From Macrostomum lignano (Eukaryota), in the NCBI GenBank assembly GCA_002269645.1, contig NIVC01001184.1, positions 186,001 through 250,000 of the forward strand: a stretch of 64,000 nt of DNA. The letters are read 5' to 3'. Under the pieces are notes generated by a model. That model was given only the letters and a program-made list of their open reading frames with translations, was not told the DNA's origin and made no database searches. Positions 11,112-22,805 of the stretch are shown in pieces. A program made the translations under genes and the position numbers. Position 1 is the first letter of the stretch. Every line of letters begins with the position of its first letter.

Positions 11112-12177
11112 GACAACCTTACAGTCTCCTTTTTCAGTCTTCTTTCAACTTCAAAAGAAGAAAAAATAATAACGACGACTTGGAAAAATCTAACTGTCCT
11201 GTTTTAGTGAGTTCACATGAATGGAAGTATAGTTCTTAATTTTGAAGTTTGTATGAAATCCTAACTCAACTAGATCCCTATTGGAATTTAATTATATAGC
11301 CAGGTGTCCGCCTACTTTAGTCCAATTTTCTTTGGTGCACTAGATACAAAACTCAAGTAAAGACTGCTTTATAAGACTATAAAACACTAAAAAGCATAGA
11401 AGTTAAATTTGAACAAACAATTTATAAATATATATTTAGATATATTGAGAAGGTAAAAAGTGGATACACCAAATTTATAGTTAAAGAAAGCATTTTTAAG
11501 TTGAAATTATGCTACGATATATAATAACCCCAAATACTAAGGTCAAAATTTATATGTTTCTTCTAGATAGGAAACTCTATTCAAAATACAATACCTATAT
11601 TGATAATTATACATTAGTAATTTAATTATAGGAGGACAACCAGTTTTACAACTTAAGTCTTGCTTATTTTTTGCTGTTTGGAATTCACAATACTCATGGA
11701 ACATATCTGAGTGGAGACCAACTAGAAAATTACTAACTAATTTTTTTGTGCATAGGTAAGTTAAAAAAGGCTCATTTTTTTTAAAATTGCATTAAAATAT
11801 ATAGAGAAATTCTAAATCTCAACTTACTATCAACTGTATAGCATGAACTATAAACAATAAAAGTCACTCATAGCTAGTGAAGTGCATGTTGAGGAATTGG
11901 TTGATTATCTTTCATTTGGCAGTCATAAATTTAAGCTAATAATATTACAATGCAAAGTGAATTTTATGAGTGCTATATACCTATAATATAAAATCTATTG
12001 TATAATACTATATAGATAGGGATTTCTTGGTCAAATATGAGTAAGCATTTGGATATTGGTCAAAATGTGTTTTAAAAATGGAAGATAAAACACATCATTT
12101 TGTGGTTCATCATTATATTGAATATGTATTTGGTCTATCTCTACTTATACTCATAGATATACAATTGTATGTATATA

Positions 12178-13486
12178 CGAGGGGTGTTCCGAAAGTTCTG
12201 AGACTTTTTGCCATAGAATTCAGGCGCTTCGTGTCATTGCTTTGAAACTTTACACACTTATACACCAATATATCATTGTGCTTCCTATCAATTTTCAATC
12301 AGTTTGAAGCATCAGCTGCCCAGCAACGCTAAATTCTGTAAGCTGCCTTTTCAGCCAAGATGCAAACTGCTAAAAATTCCCAAAGAGCCATCATGTTCTT
12401 CCTCTGGAAGGAAGGGACAAAGCCAGCCGAAATCGCCCGCCGCCTACAAGCTGTTTTTGGTGACGATGCCAAATCGCGAGCCACTGTTTACCAGTGGGTG
12501 GATCGCTTCCAGTCTGGCCAGGAGTCCTTGGAAGACGACACGAGGTGTGGCAGACCACGGACGTCACTTTCCGAGGAAAAAATTCAGCTGGTGGCCGACA
12601 TGGTGATGGAGGACAGGCGAGTCACGGTTCGCTGACTTCTGTGGTATTGGTGTGGCACGCATTCATGCAATTCTGCAAGACGAGCTGCAGCTCAGCAAGC
12701 TGTCAGCCAGATGGGTGCCTCGGCTGTTGGGCGTCCACCAGAAGCACGAGCGGGCTGACACGTGCAAGCACCTGCTGGCTCTGGTTGAGAAGTACGGCGA
12801 GGCATTCTGGCAACGCATCATCACTGTGGACAAGACCTGGCTTCCATACTACAATCCAGAAACCAAGGAGCAGTCACGTGAGTGGCGCAGGCCAGAAGAA
12901 GGTCACCCAGTCAAGGCCCGTGCTGCTCCGTCTTTGGGGAAGACAATGATCACTGTCTTTTGGGACACCGAAGACGTGATCCTCATTGATTTCCTCGAGT
13001 CAGGCCGCACTATCAACGCTGCTTACTACGCTGACCTGCTAAGTGGGCCGCTTCGCCAAAAACTTGCTGAAAAACGGCCTGGAAAGCTGCACTCTCGGCC
13101 ACTCCTTCAGCACGACAATGCTAGGCCTCACACTGCCATGCACACTGTGAGAACAGTTGGCGATCTGCGCTGGGAACTGCTTCCACACCCTGCCTATTCA
13201 CCAGATTTGGCACCCAGCGACTATCACCTCTTCGGACCAATGAAAAAATCACTCCGTGGTCACCATTTCACCAGTCTGACTGAGGTGAAACATGCGCTGA
13301 ACAGGTGGATGGAGGCTACGCCAAGAAGCTTCTTCAATGACAGCCTTCGCAAGCTGGTGCTGCGGTGGAAGAAGTGTGTCGACTTGAAGGGGGACTACGT
13401 CGAGAAGTGTGACAGTTTTGAAGACTCTGAGTGACTGTGTTCGTTTGCTAGGGCAAAAAGTCTCAGAACTTTTGGAACACCCCTCG
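12178..13486 (+). mobile_element. Mariner (DD34D) transposon, full length, transposase broken by one frameshift
   Basis: ~35-bp TIRs CGAGGGGTGTTCC(G/A)AAAGTTCTGAGACTTTTTGCC with TA TSDs. ORFs 12360-12635 and 12652-13434 carry WVPRLL, ITVDKTW, HDNARPH and YSPDLAPSDY, with 34 residues between the last two Asp. Confidence 0.96.
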
Positions 13487-14478
13487 TAACAAGATCTACA
13501 ATTTAGATCATTGCTAGGAAATTAATATTGCTAATCGAATTTTTGCCTATTATCCTAGGATTGAAAATACCAGTTGGAGAGAAGTTTCCCAGAATTTTTA
13601 ATTACCACTGTTGAGGTTTTACAAGGGGTATCCCAAAAGTCCCCAGAATGTTTGCTTTAGCTCCAACTAAACCTTGACAATCAAAAATATGCCAAATGTA
13701 GCATAGTTGACAGGATTTTAGATGGTAAAAAATAATTATAGGGTCACCATATTATTTGCTTACTATAATAAATATAAAGCATCCTAGTGGATATGAAAGA
13801 AAATACCTATCCTGCTAATGTGGAAAACATAGAAATATTATATGCTTATTGCATGCTCAACATGACAACATTGAATGTTAAGAACACAAAGTTTTTAGTA
13901 TATGTGGCAGTAAAGCTTAGGTATTTTGGTATTAGATATCTTTAATCATTCAATGGTTAAAGTAGCATATGAATAATGACCATAGCTAAAAAGATAAACT
14001 ATTCATATATGTGGTTATTTTCCTTAATGCACCTTATTTCTATCTATATTTTGTGCTTGTTCAATCATCTTGGCTAGGAGTTGGATATTGATTCAATTAA
14101 GTAGGGGATGACTGCGTCTTCACTCACTACTCGCATTTATAGGCAAAGTGCGATGCACGATATATAATATCACTCAATTGTCTAATAACCTCACATGACA
14201 TTGACTTTTGTCTCACTTATTTAAGAACATTAGGTGGTGGCAGCAACCCACCAAATTAAAGTACATGCTAATAGAAATAACAGTAAAACCCAAACCAGTA
14301 GCTTAACCCCACTCCATATGCAAAGATCTGAACCAGAATCTATTAGCCTTTAATTTTTGTCTAGTGAAATATAAACTAGTATGTTTTTTGGCCAAAAAAT
14401 CTTTTAGTTTTAAATGTTTATAAGACTATTGTTTAGATTTATTAATAAAACCTAAATACTAAAAATGGTCTGTTGGTA

Positions 14479-15174
14479 TCTATCTATCTATCTATCTAGA
14501 TGCGATCGATTTTAGCTAAAACGGCTCAACTGATTTTTTTCAAACTTGCACTGTTTGATTAGAAATAAATAGGGATGCTTGCTATTTAGAGATTCCTGCT
14601 ATCTGCAGGATGCTTGCTATCTGCAGGATGCTTCTATAATATCTAGGGGGTGCTTGCTATCTGCATGATGCTTCTATAATATCTGGGGGTGCTTGCTATT
14701 TGCAGGATGCTTGCTATCTGGGTGGATACTTCTACAATATTTGGGGGATGCTTGCTATCTGCAGGATGCTTGCAATCTGGATGGATGCTTCTATCTAGGG
14801 AATGTTTGCTGTCTGCAGATGCTTGCTATCTAGGGTGATGCTTGCTATCTGGGGGATGCTTGCTATCTACAGATGCTTGCTATCTGCAGTTGCTTACTTT
14901 TGGGGGGGTGCTTGCTATCTGGGGGGATGCTTGCTGTCTTGGAATATTTTCTATTTAGAGGGAGCTATATTTTGTTGACTGTTTGTTAATTTTAGAGAAA
15001 AGGTGATTCATAGCAAACACCTTTGTCCATGACAATTTTACACAAATCAGGTGATTTTTAAAAGTGACAAAGGAATTGATTCTTAAGAAAATGTGCTTTT
15101 TTAATTGTTTTCCATAAACTATTTTTGTTCCTTGCTTATTGGCGCCCCAAAGGGGGGCCGCACTAGAGTGCTAG
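14479..15174 (+). mobile_element. Non-autonomous Helitron-like element with an internal GATGCTTGCTATCT minisatellite
   Basis: A|TC start with (TCTA)n. 3' hairpin GGCGCCCC-AAA-GGGGGGCC (15141-15159) about 12 nt before CTAG|T. Internal tandem repeat at about 14575-14945. Confidence 0.7.
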
Positions 15175-16109
15175 TACAACCTAATTATTGTATTATATCA
15201 TTTAATTGATAATTACAAACAATCTAAACTAAGTAGGCATGTCACTTCAAATAAATCTAGTTACTCAACATTGCAGTTTATCACTATATAATATTTTAGA
15301 AAGCTACCAAATTTATGAGTATCTACAAAAGCCACTGGTCTAGTGATGTTCCATTAGTGAGAATTGGCTACTATTTTTGTCTGTGTCACCTTCCATATTT
15401 TCTAATATACCAAGAAGTCACTTTAGACAGACTGCTCCAAGTAATTATTTGCTATGTTGTTTAATTGTATATACTCTCATACAATTATACTATTTTTCAT
15501 GTAATATCTTTTTAGAGGCTTCCCAGGAATGTAGCCAAAAGCCAGAGAAGCTTTTAATGAAATTGTGGCAGTCGGGTTGCCATTTTGATTATTGAAACTT
15601 TCCTATTAATAATATTTTATATTCAATCTACTAAGTTTCATCAAATTTAATTGCATGCCCCAACTCATGGAAATTTTGCATTTTCTCTCCCAATGGTTGT
15701 TTATTTTGTTACCTTCCTGTATGTTGTCCTTTTTTGTCCCAGTTTTGTTCCTCCAATATGTCCTACCAATGAAAAGATGTTTTGCCACTCTTTTTTGCCA
15801 ATTTTTCTTGTTAATTTCTGTGCAAACTGCTATTGCTCAACCCTATGCCCACTTTTTTGTCCAACCTGCTATCTAGCTGCCCGTCCAAGTCTTGCCCCTG
15901 TTGTTAAAATTTATTTTTATCTATTTTATATGCATGCCTCACGCGCTACTGATTTTTTTTGTTTCTTTCTTTCCTTTCCATCCTCCTTCATTTTTCACCC
16001 GTGACCGTTAGCATTAAGGAAGTAATAAGTTTGTGTTAATACTTTGTTTTTAATTTTATTAAGCTCTAGTAGACAACCTTAGAGTCATTTAAGCCGTATA
16101 CAACTTACT

Positions 16110-17815
16110 TATAGCGCACTGCAGCTCTGCTTGTCGAATCTTTTTGGTCACACCAAAATACTTTTTACCTGCCTGCTAAAATAATTATTTTCTAATATCC
16201 AATTGATAATAATAATAATAATAACAATCCACAATAATATCATTTTCATTGACTAATTAAGTAAGCCCATAGCCTTTTTTTAGTTATTTGCCCACGGGGC
16301 ATAAAACAAACCAAGTTCTTATCTCAAAGAAAGCTCTGAGGCAAATTTTGTTTTGCAATATAAGAATTATGTTGATGACAGCTCTACCCTACTAAGAGTA
16401 AACAGCTCAACAAATTGACACATTAATTTATGGTGTCAGAAGCTCCTGTATTTACCTTTTGAACAACTGTGTCATTAAAAGACTGCTTACCTATGATTAC
16501 AACTACTCTCCCCTCAGAATTTGAGGACCCTGGCAGTTAGAGTAAAACAAGAGAAAGAATTTTGTTGCGATTTGTCTGCAGGATTTTTCTGGATTTGTTT
16601 GTGCAAATGCAACTAGCCAAATTTTCAAAATCCAAACCAACATATTATTTTCTTTTCTCAACCCCCACCTTAAAATGATGAAGTGTCCTATTCAAAATAT
16701 GACATTTTAAAATAAAGCCAAAATTCTAAGAATGGACCTAATAGTATCTATTTAATAAAATAGTGTGGCAGTTAGGGGCTGCGACTGACTATTTAAATTA
16801 ACGCTTAATATTTTTTTGAAATTTTTTTATCTATTAGACCACCCCATGACCCTTTTTTGCTGTCCCCAGTTTTTGGCCTATTGTGTCCACCTTGTGCCCC
16901 CAGCTGTTGGGATATTTCATCTTTTCTCCTGTTCTTGCGTTGGTTACCCTGACCCTTTTTTCTAGCCTTGTGCATTCCTTGTTTGGTAATTTTGCTTGTG
17001 TCTATGTATTTCCGTGATGATTTTTTCCGTTCAATGCTCGGTCACCGCGACCACCTTTTGCCTCCAGCATTTGACCCCATTTGTCCATTTGCTGCAACTT
17101 TATTTTCTATTTAATGGTGCCCTTGGAGTTGCCCAACTTTCATTTCCCCTTGTCTTCTTTTTCTCTTCCTTCCTTTTTTCCCACAGCTCCGGCCTTCTTC
17201 TTTACTTGAACCTTACCTTCCTTCCCTCTGCCAACCCATTCAATTTATCTATTAATATTTAAATCTGCCCGACTTACTTTGCAATAATTGTTTATTAATT
17301 GGTCAATTGTTTTATTAAGTCAATTGTTTATTAATTGGTTATTAGTGCACTGCAGCATCGCTCGAATCATCCGCCAGATTAGGCTCGAGTATTCCTATTA
17401 CTCTGTCACTTTGACATCTCTAGTGTGTTTTATTAATTCTAATATGGTCGCCAGTTTAATTCAGTTGCCAACGAACAATTAAAACATCTTTTCCCTTTAC
17501 TTAATAAACAATTTGCAACAACATTAAACTCTCATTAATTAATCCAAAGCCTAGCCTATTTTGAGTCATTTGCCCACGGGGCATAAAACTACCAAGTTCT
17601 TAATTCAAAGAAAGCTCTGAGACTTTAACGTCCTGTAATATGTAAAATTACGATAGTGGCAGCCCTATTCTACTGTTAGTAACAAGTCAAACATATGAGA
17701 TACATTAAGTTTCAGTGTCTAAAGACCCGCTCTGAATGCTTGCATCAACGAAGACTGCTTGCCTACGACTAAAACTACCATCCCCCCAGAATTGAGGACC
17801 CTGGCAGACAGAGTA
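16110..17815 (-). repeat. Two diverged copies (about 16110-16545 and 17345-17815) of a ~450-bp block, possibly old LINE 3' ends
   Basis: Shared TTTGCCCACGGGGCATAAAAC, CAAAGAAAGCTCTGAG, AAGACTGCTT(A/G)CCTA and GAGGACCCTGGCAG in the same order. Copy 1 ends in (TTA)n on the minus strand. Confidence 0.5.
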
Positions 17816-18791
17816 TCTACAAGACTTCTAAATTAGGATTCGTCCACGCAAATTTCCGGACTTAATTTGTGTGAACTAACAATGGCGCCGATTTGAAGGT
17901 CTGAGCCACTCAAACTTGACATTAAATCAAGTGAACACCAGACAACCACCCAATCTAAACTGCCCCCATCTCAATAGCAATCATTGATATATATATAGAT
18001 CCCCTTTTTTAAGATATATAGGCCATAGTTTGGAACAGTCTATATGTATCCCAGAAAAAACAACCAAATTTTTTGGTGCATGCCATAGTTTGGAATAGTC
18101 TATATGTACCCCAGAAAAATATGGCCAAATTTTTTGTGTAGGCCCACTATGACTGATATATATACTATGGCAGTGCTTATCCCCATGGTACCGTAGGAAT
18201 AATTTCTGTCTTATTCCAACGGTACCGTGCGAATAATTTTCTGCTTATCCGCACGGCACACTGACGAGATAGCTGCCCTATCTTCTACATAATGCCGTGT
18301 GGGAAGTTTAGTACATACGATTTGAGTGCAGTATAACAACATGTGACGAATAAAGGCAGGAAGACATGCAGTTTGTGTAGCGGTTAAATTTGATAATCTA
18401 GAGCCAGTAGCCGACTTCCCTTAGCGTAAATTGCAGATTCAGATTTGGTATGTTGAATTGAAGGTTAGGTTTTGATTGGTAGCTGCTTAATTTTAGTGCG
18501 ACTAAAGCAATTGAATGCGACGGCTAAGGGGCCCGCGAGAAGCGGAGCGAAAACTCAGGAGCGCAGGGGGAGAGCGGCGGCTGGCTGCAAGCGTATATTT
18601 AATTGGTAAGGTAAACAGATAACAAACAACAGCAACCCTAATCCAAAACCCAGACAAACCCCCCACGTGGCACGCAATGTACATGTACAAATCAATCGAT
18701 AAATATATCATACAAGAATAACATACGTCAGTACATGTACATAGGTAGAACTACTTTACGATAAATAATAACGATATGAATGAAATACAAA

Positions 18792-21153
18792 TCTCTAACT
18801 ATAAAAATCAAAACTCTGTGTGTCTGTGTGTGTGTGTGTGTCTGTGTGTGGACAATTTTGATCGCTATGGACTCCCAAACCACTCAACCAAATTACACCA
18901 AACTTTACACCCACCCTAAACTCATTACGGAGAATGTCTTAGGCTACCTTTTAATTTCCTAGACTCAAGTCTTCCTACCTAATAGTACAAAAAACTGCTC
19001 AAAATGCGCGATTTTTTCACTAAATCCTCCATAGCGCTGCTCCACTTCTACCGATTCTCTTCAAATTTGACACAGGCAATTTTCAACTATTTTGACACAA
19101 TCGTGTAAAATTTCAAATCTCAAAGTTAAACCTTGAAAGTGGCTGTGCACTTTTAAAGTTAGGCTGTTTTTTTCAGCGAGGCAGCCACCCCAACCTCCGC
19201 CCGCCTGCCTCTCTTTCCCGATCTGGGCAAAGGGTATGAATCAGGTTTTAAAATGCCTAACTTTCGGTTGCCATAAGTTTGCTCCACGTGAAGCGATTGA
19301 CTTCAAACTTGACACAATTCTTCATTGACTCATTCTCTATCTAAATGTAAAGTTTCAACTCTGTAACTCAACAGAAAAATAAACTGTAAGCATGTGAAGT
19401 TTGTCTGCTTTTTCTGTTGTTTGTGCCACTCACTCACTCATTCCCCCAGAGCCAGACGAAGGGTCAGGCAATAGGACTGAATGTACATAGCGAATGTACA
19501 GTGTTTTGGAATAACTTTTTAATAGCCTTCTCTGCACCCCCAGAGTGGAGAGGCTACGTTTAGCCATAACAGTTTAGTGAGAAATTCTAACCACTGCCCT
19601 CCCCTCTGTATTGGCAAACTCTGCAGCAGTTTAACAGTGGATGGCAAATCAAGGCGATGTGGGATGGTTTGTAAAAATAGCGAAAAATTAATGAATAACT
19701 GATTAGTAGTGATTACAATGCAATCCTACTAAATTAGTTACACCATGAAAATTTTAACATTAAGATTCGCATAAGGTACTTTAAAATTTAAATGGCCTCC
19801 TAAGAAATGCGTATTTCCATGGTTGTTAGACTGCTGCAGACTGGTGATGGAGCTGGAGATACACAAATTCCTCTCAGGGCTGCGAATTGGCCAGAAAGAT
19901 GACGTGATTAAAGCATGAGAAATGATAACAACCATGATAGTACTACGCCCCACAAACTGGCTTTCAAAGCAGGGATCGGCAGATTTTTACCTGAAAGGTA
20001 AAATCCAGCTTTTTATCCAGCTCATGGCTGCGGGCCAGATGGGAGTGAAAAGGAGAAGGAATAGACTACTTCGTATTAGAAAGGGAGGAGGGGCGAGAGG
20101 GGGGTAAGAAAAAAGATAGACGATAATAGGAGAGACGAGGGGTAAGGAGAGAGCAGACAGCAGAGTATATGGGAGGAAGAAGCAAGAGGAGGGGAGAGAG
20201 GAGGGAGAGGAAATAGTAAATGTGAGAAGAGGGAGAGAGAAGAGGGGAGAGATGAGACAGAGGATCGATGGGAGAGGAGAGTAGAGAAGAGTGAGAAGAG
20301 AGTAGAGATGAGAGAACAGAGAGATGAGAGAGGATCGAGAGGAGAGATTAGAGAGGGTAGGGAAGAGAGTAGATAAGAGGGGGAGAGAGGTGTGAGAAAA
20401 GAGTTGAGAAAGAAAAGAGGGAAGGGAAGAGTAAAGGAAAGAGGAGGAGAGATGAAAGAGATGAGATTATAGAGATGGGAGAGATGAAAGGAAAGATGAG
20501 AGAGTAGAGATGAGAGATGAAGGAAGAGAGAGCAGAGTGCAGAGAGACTAGAGAAGAGAATAGAGGGGAGAGAGTATACAAGAGGGAAAAGAGAAGAGTA
20601 CACAGGAGAGAGGAGAGTAGAGATGACAGAAGAGAAAGGGGGGTGAGAGAGCAAAGGTGAGAGTGAACAGACGATATATGAGAGAAGAGAGGAGAGTGGA
20701 GAGAGAAGAGTGGAGAGAGAAGAGAGAAGACAAGAGAGGGAGAGAGTATAGAAGAGGGAAGAGAAGAGAAGAGAAGAAAGGAGAAAGAAAAGAGAGGAGT
20801 CAAAAGAGGGGAAAAAGAAGAGTACAGAGGAGAGAGGTGAGAGAACACACGAGTATAAGAGAGTAATGACAGATGAGAGAGGGGAGATAAGAGAGCAGAA
20901 ACAAGAGTGAACAGATGAGAGATGGGAGAGTAGAGAGAAAAGAGGAGGTGAGACAAAGGGAGAGAGAATTGAGTGAGGAAGAGGAGGGGAGGCGAGGGGA
21001 GAGAATCGAGAGGACAGGGAAAGAGGGGAAAGGATGAGAGAGGAGAGGAAAGAGGGGAAAGGATGAGGGAGGAGAGGAAAGAGGGGAAAGGATGAGGGAG
21101 GAGAGGAAAGAGGGGAAAGATTAGAGAGGAGAAGACAGATGAGACAGGAGAGA

Positions 21154-21219
<66 letters not shown>

Positions 21220-21710
21220 GAGCAAGCAGAGAGTAATGGGAAGAGATAAGAGAGAAAAGAGGTGAGGAAAGAGATGAGAGGAGAGAGTGGAGAGAGGAGA
21301 GGAGAGAGTTGAGAGAAGAGATGAGAAAGGGGAGAGGAGTAGATGAAGGAAGTGTTGAAAGGGTAGAGTAAGGAGTGAGAAGAGAAGAGAAGGAAGAGAC
21401 AAGAGACGAGAGAGAAGAGAGGAAACAGAAGAGAAGATTCAAAGGATCCAAGGGGCATAGGGAGACAGAGAGGCAGATGCAGAGGCAGAGGCCAGCCAGA
21501 CTGCCAGAGTTTGCCTGACATTCTGCGCAGCACCCTAGCCAACAATATCAATGTTTGCCTCAAATCCCAATTTTACACAAATGTGTACTCTATTTTATGT
21601 TTAACTCTTTCGTAACTATTAACAAGTTTTTGTTTGAGTTTGACCTCAGATTTTAGAATACATGCAAAAATAGTTCCGGGGGTTCAAATTCCGCGGGTTT
21701 CAACAGCTTG
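18792..21710 (+). mobile_element. Helitron-like element with (GT)n and a 1.35-kb GA-rich tract, nested in the MULE
   Basis: A|TC start then TATAAAAATCAAAACTCTGTGTG. 3' end AAATTCCGCGGGTTT (degenerate palindrome) followed by CTTG|T. The 5' segment, the GGCAGCCACCCCAAC segment and AAAAATAGTTCCGGGG are shared with the copy at 27643-28165. Confidence 0.6.
20080..21430. repeat. GA-rich low-complexity tract including (GA)n
   Basis: Almost pure purine on the + strand. Source of the 495-aa and 367-aa Ser/Leu ORFs. Confidence 0.95.
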
Positions 21711-22019
21711 TAATAGAATAAATACATACGAGGCTACAAAAACAAAGCAATTAACAGTAAAAATAGCGCGATAATAATACGTATGAATATTGTTACAATA
21801 AATGGAAGAATACAGACTTAGTAGCACGGTATGCATATGAAAATAAAGAAATACGATACACGCGCTTCTACGAATCACACTGTCACACTTGGCTTGAACA
21901 TTTGTTCTAAAGAAATAAAGATTTAACGACTTTTCTATGAGAAAGAATTTTTTTGTGTAGTAACAAATGATTTAATTTGCGTGCCGTGCGGATAAGCAGA
22001 AAATTATTCGCACGGCATA

Positions 22020-22805
22020 TGGCTCATTCCATATAAGCATGGTCATAACATGACAGGATATTTTTACTTATAAAATGAAATCTAATAATAGAATATACTA
22101 AACCAATATTTTAAATGAAAGACTATTTTGTCTAGAATATATTTATAGAGTTTCATATAGATATCATCATTAGTATAGATGCTATTAAACCTTAAATGAC
22201 ACATGGTCGTAACGACAGGATTTTTGACATATAGAAACTAAAAGGTAAAAGTCTTATAACATTTTTCATTTTTGATATTTTGCAATACATTTTTAAAATT
22301 TGACTAAGAACATCTTTAGAAATCATACTCTTTTATTAGAATATATAAACTCAAAAGGCAACAAAGATACAAAAGAAAAGGCAGCCTTATGGTCGTAACA
22401 TTATGGTCGTAACATATTTTTTTCTGTCAATTCAGTAACTTTGAGGTACTAATACATTAAAAATATAATAGATTATTTGGTCACCAATGCTTTTATCTGA
22501 TGATGCAAGTACTATACTTTTATCTATAGTTTGTTTCAACCTTCAAAAGCTTTCTATTTGTTTTTAAAAGGTACAAAATCTTAATGATGTCTTTTGCTTC
22601 GAAAAATGTCCAAATTTTTACAAAAATGACTTTTTGCCAATTGATAACATACTAATCCAACATTTTACCATTCCTTTATTCTTAGATTGTATATATTGCA
22701 CAATATAAACATTTGGTAAAAAAATAGGCTAATTAGGCAATGGCAAGCAAAAATATTGACTTTTTTCTATTTTCCAAATATGTCCATCTTATATGGAATG
22801 AGCCA
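22020..22805. mobile_element. TA-flanked MITE (Tc1/mariner-type) inserted into the right TIR of the MULE
   Basis: TIR TGGCTCATTCCATATAAG / CTTATATGGAATGAGCCA with TA on both sides. The MULE TIR sequence CACGGCA-TA-TGTAGAAG rejoins when it is removed. Confidence 0.8.

Noticed and set aside
18261-18290. Hammerhead-like CTGACGA followed by a GATAG/CTATC stem
   Set aside because: No GAAA core follows the stem, and the matching right TIR lacks CTGACGA.
19970-21545. hAT-like terminus CAGGGATCGGCAG around the GA tract
   Set aside because: No convincing partner TIR or 8-bp TSD found.
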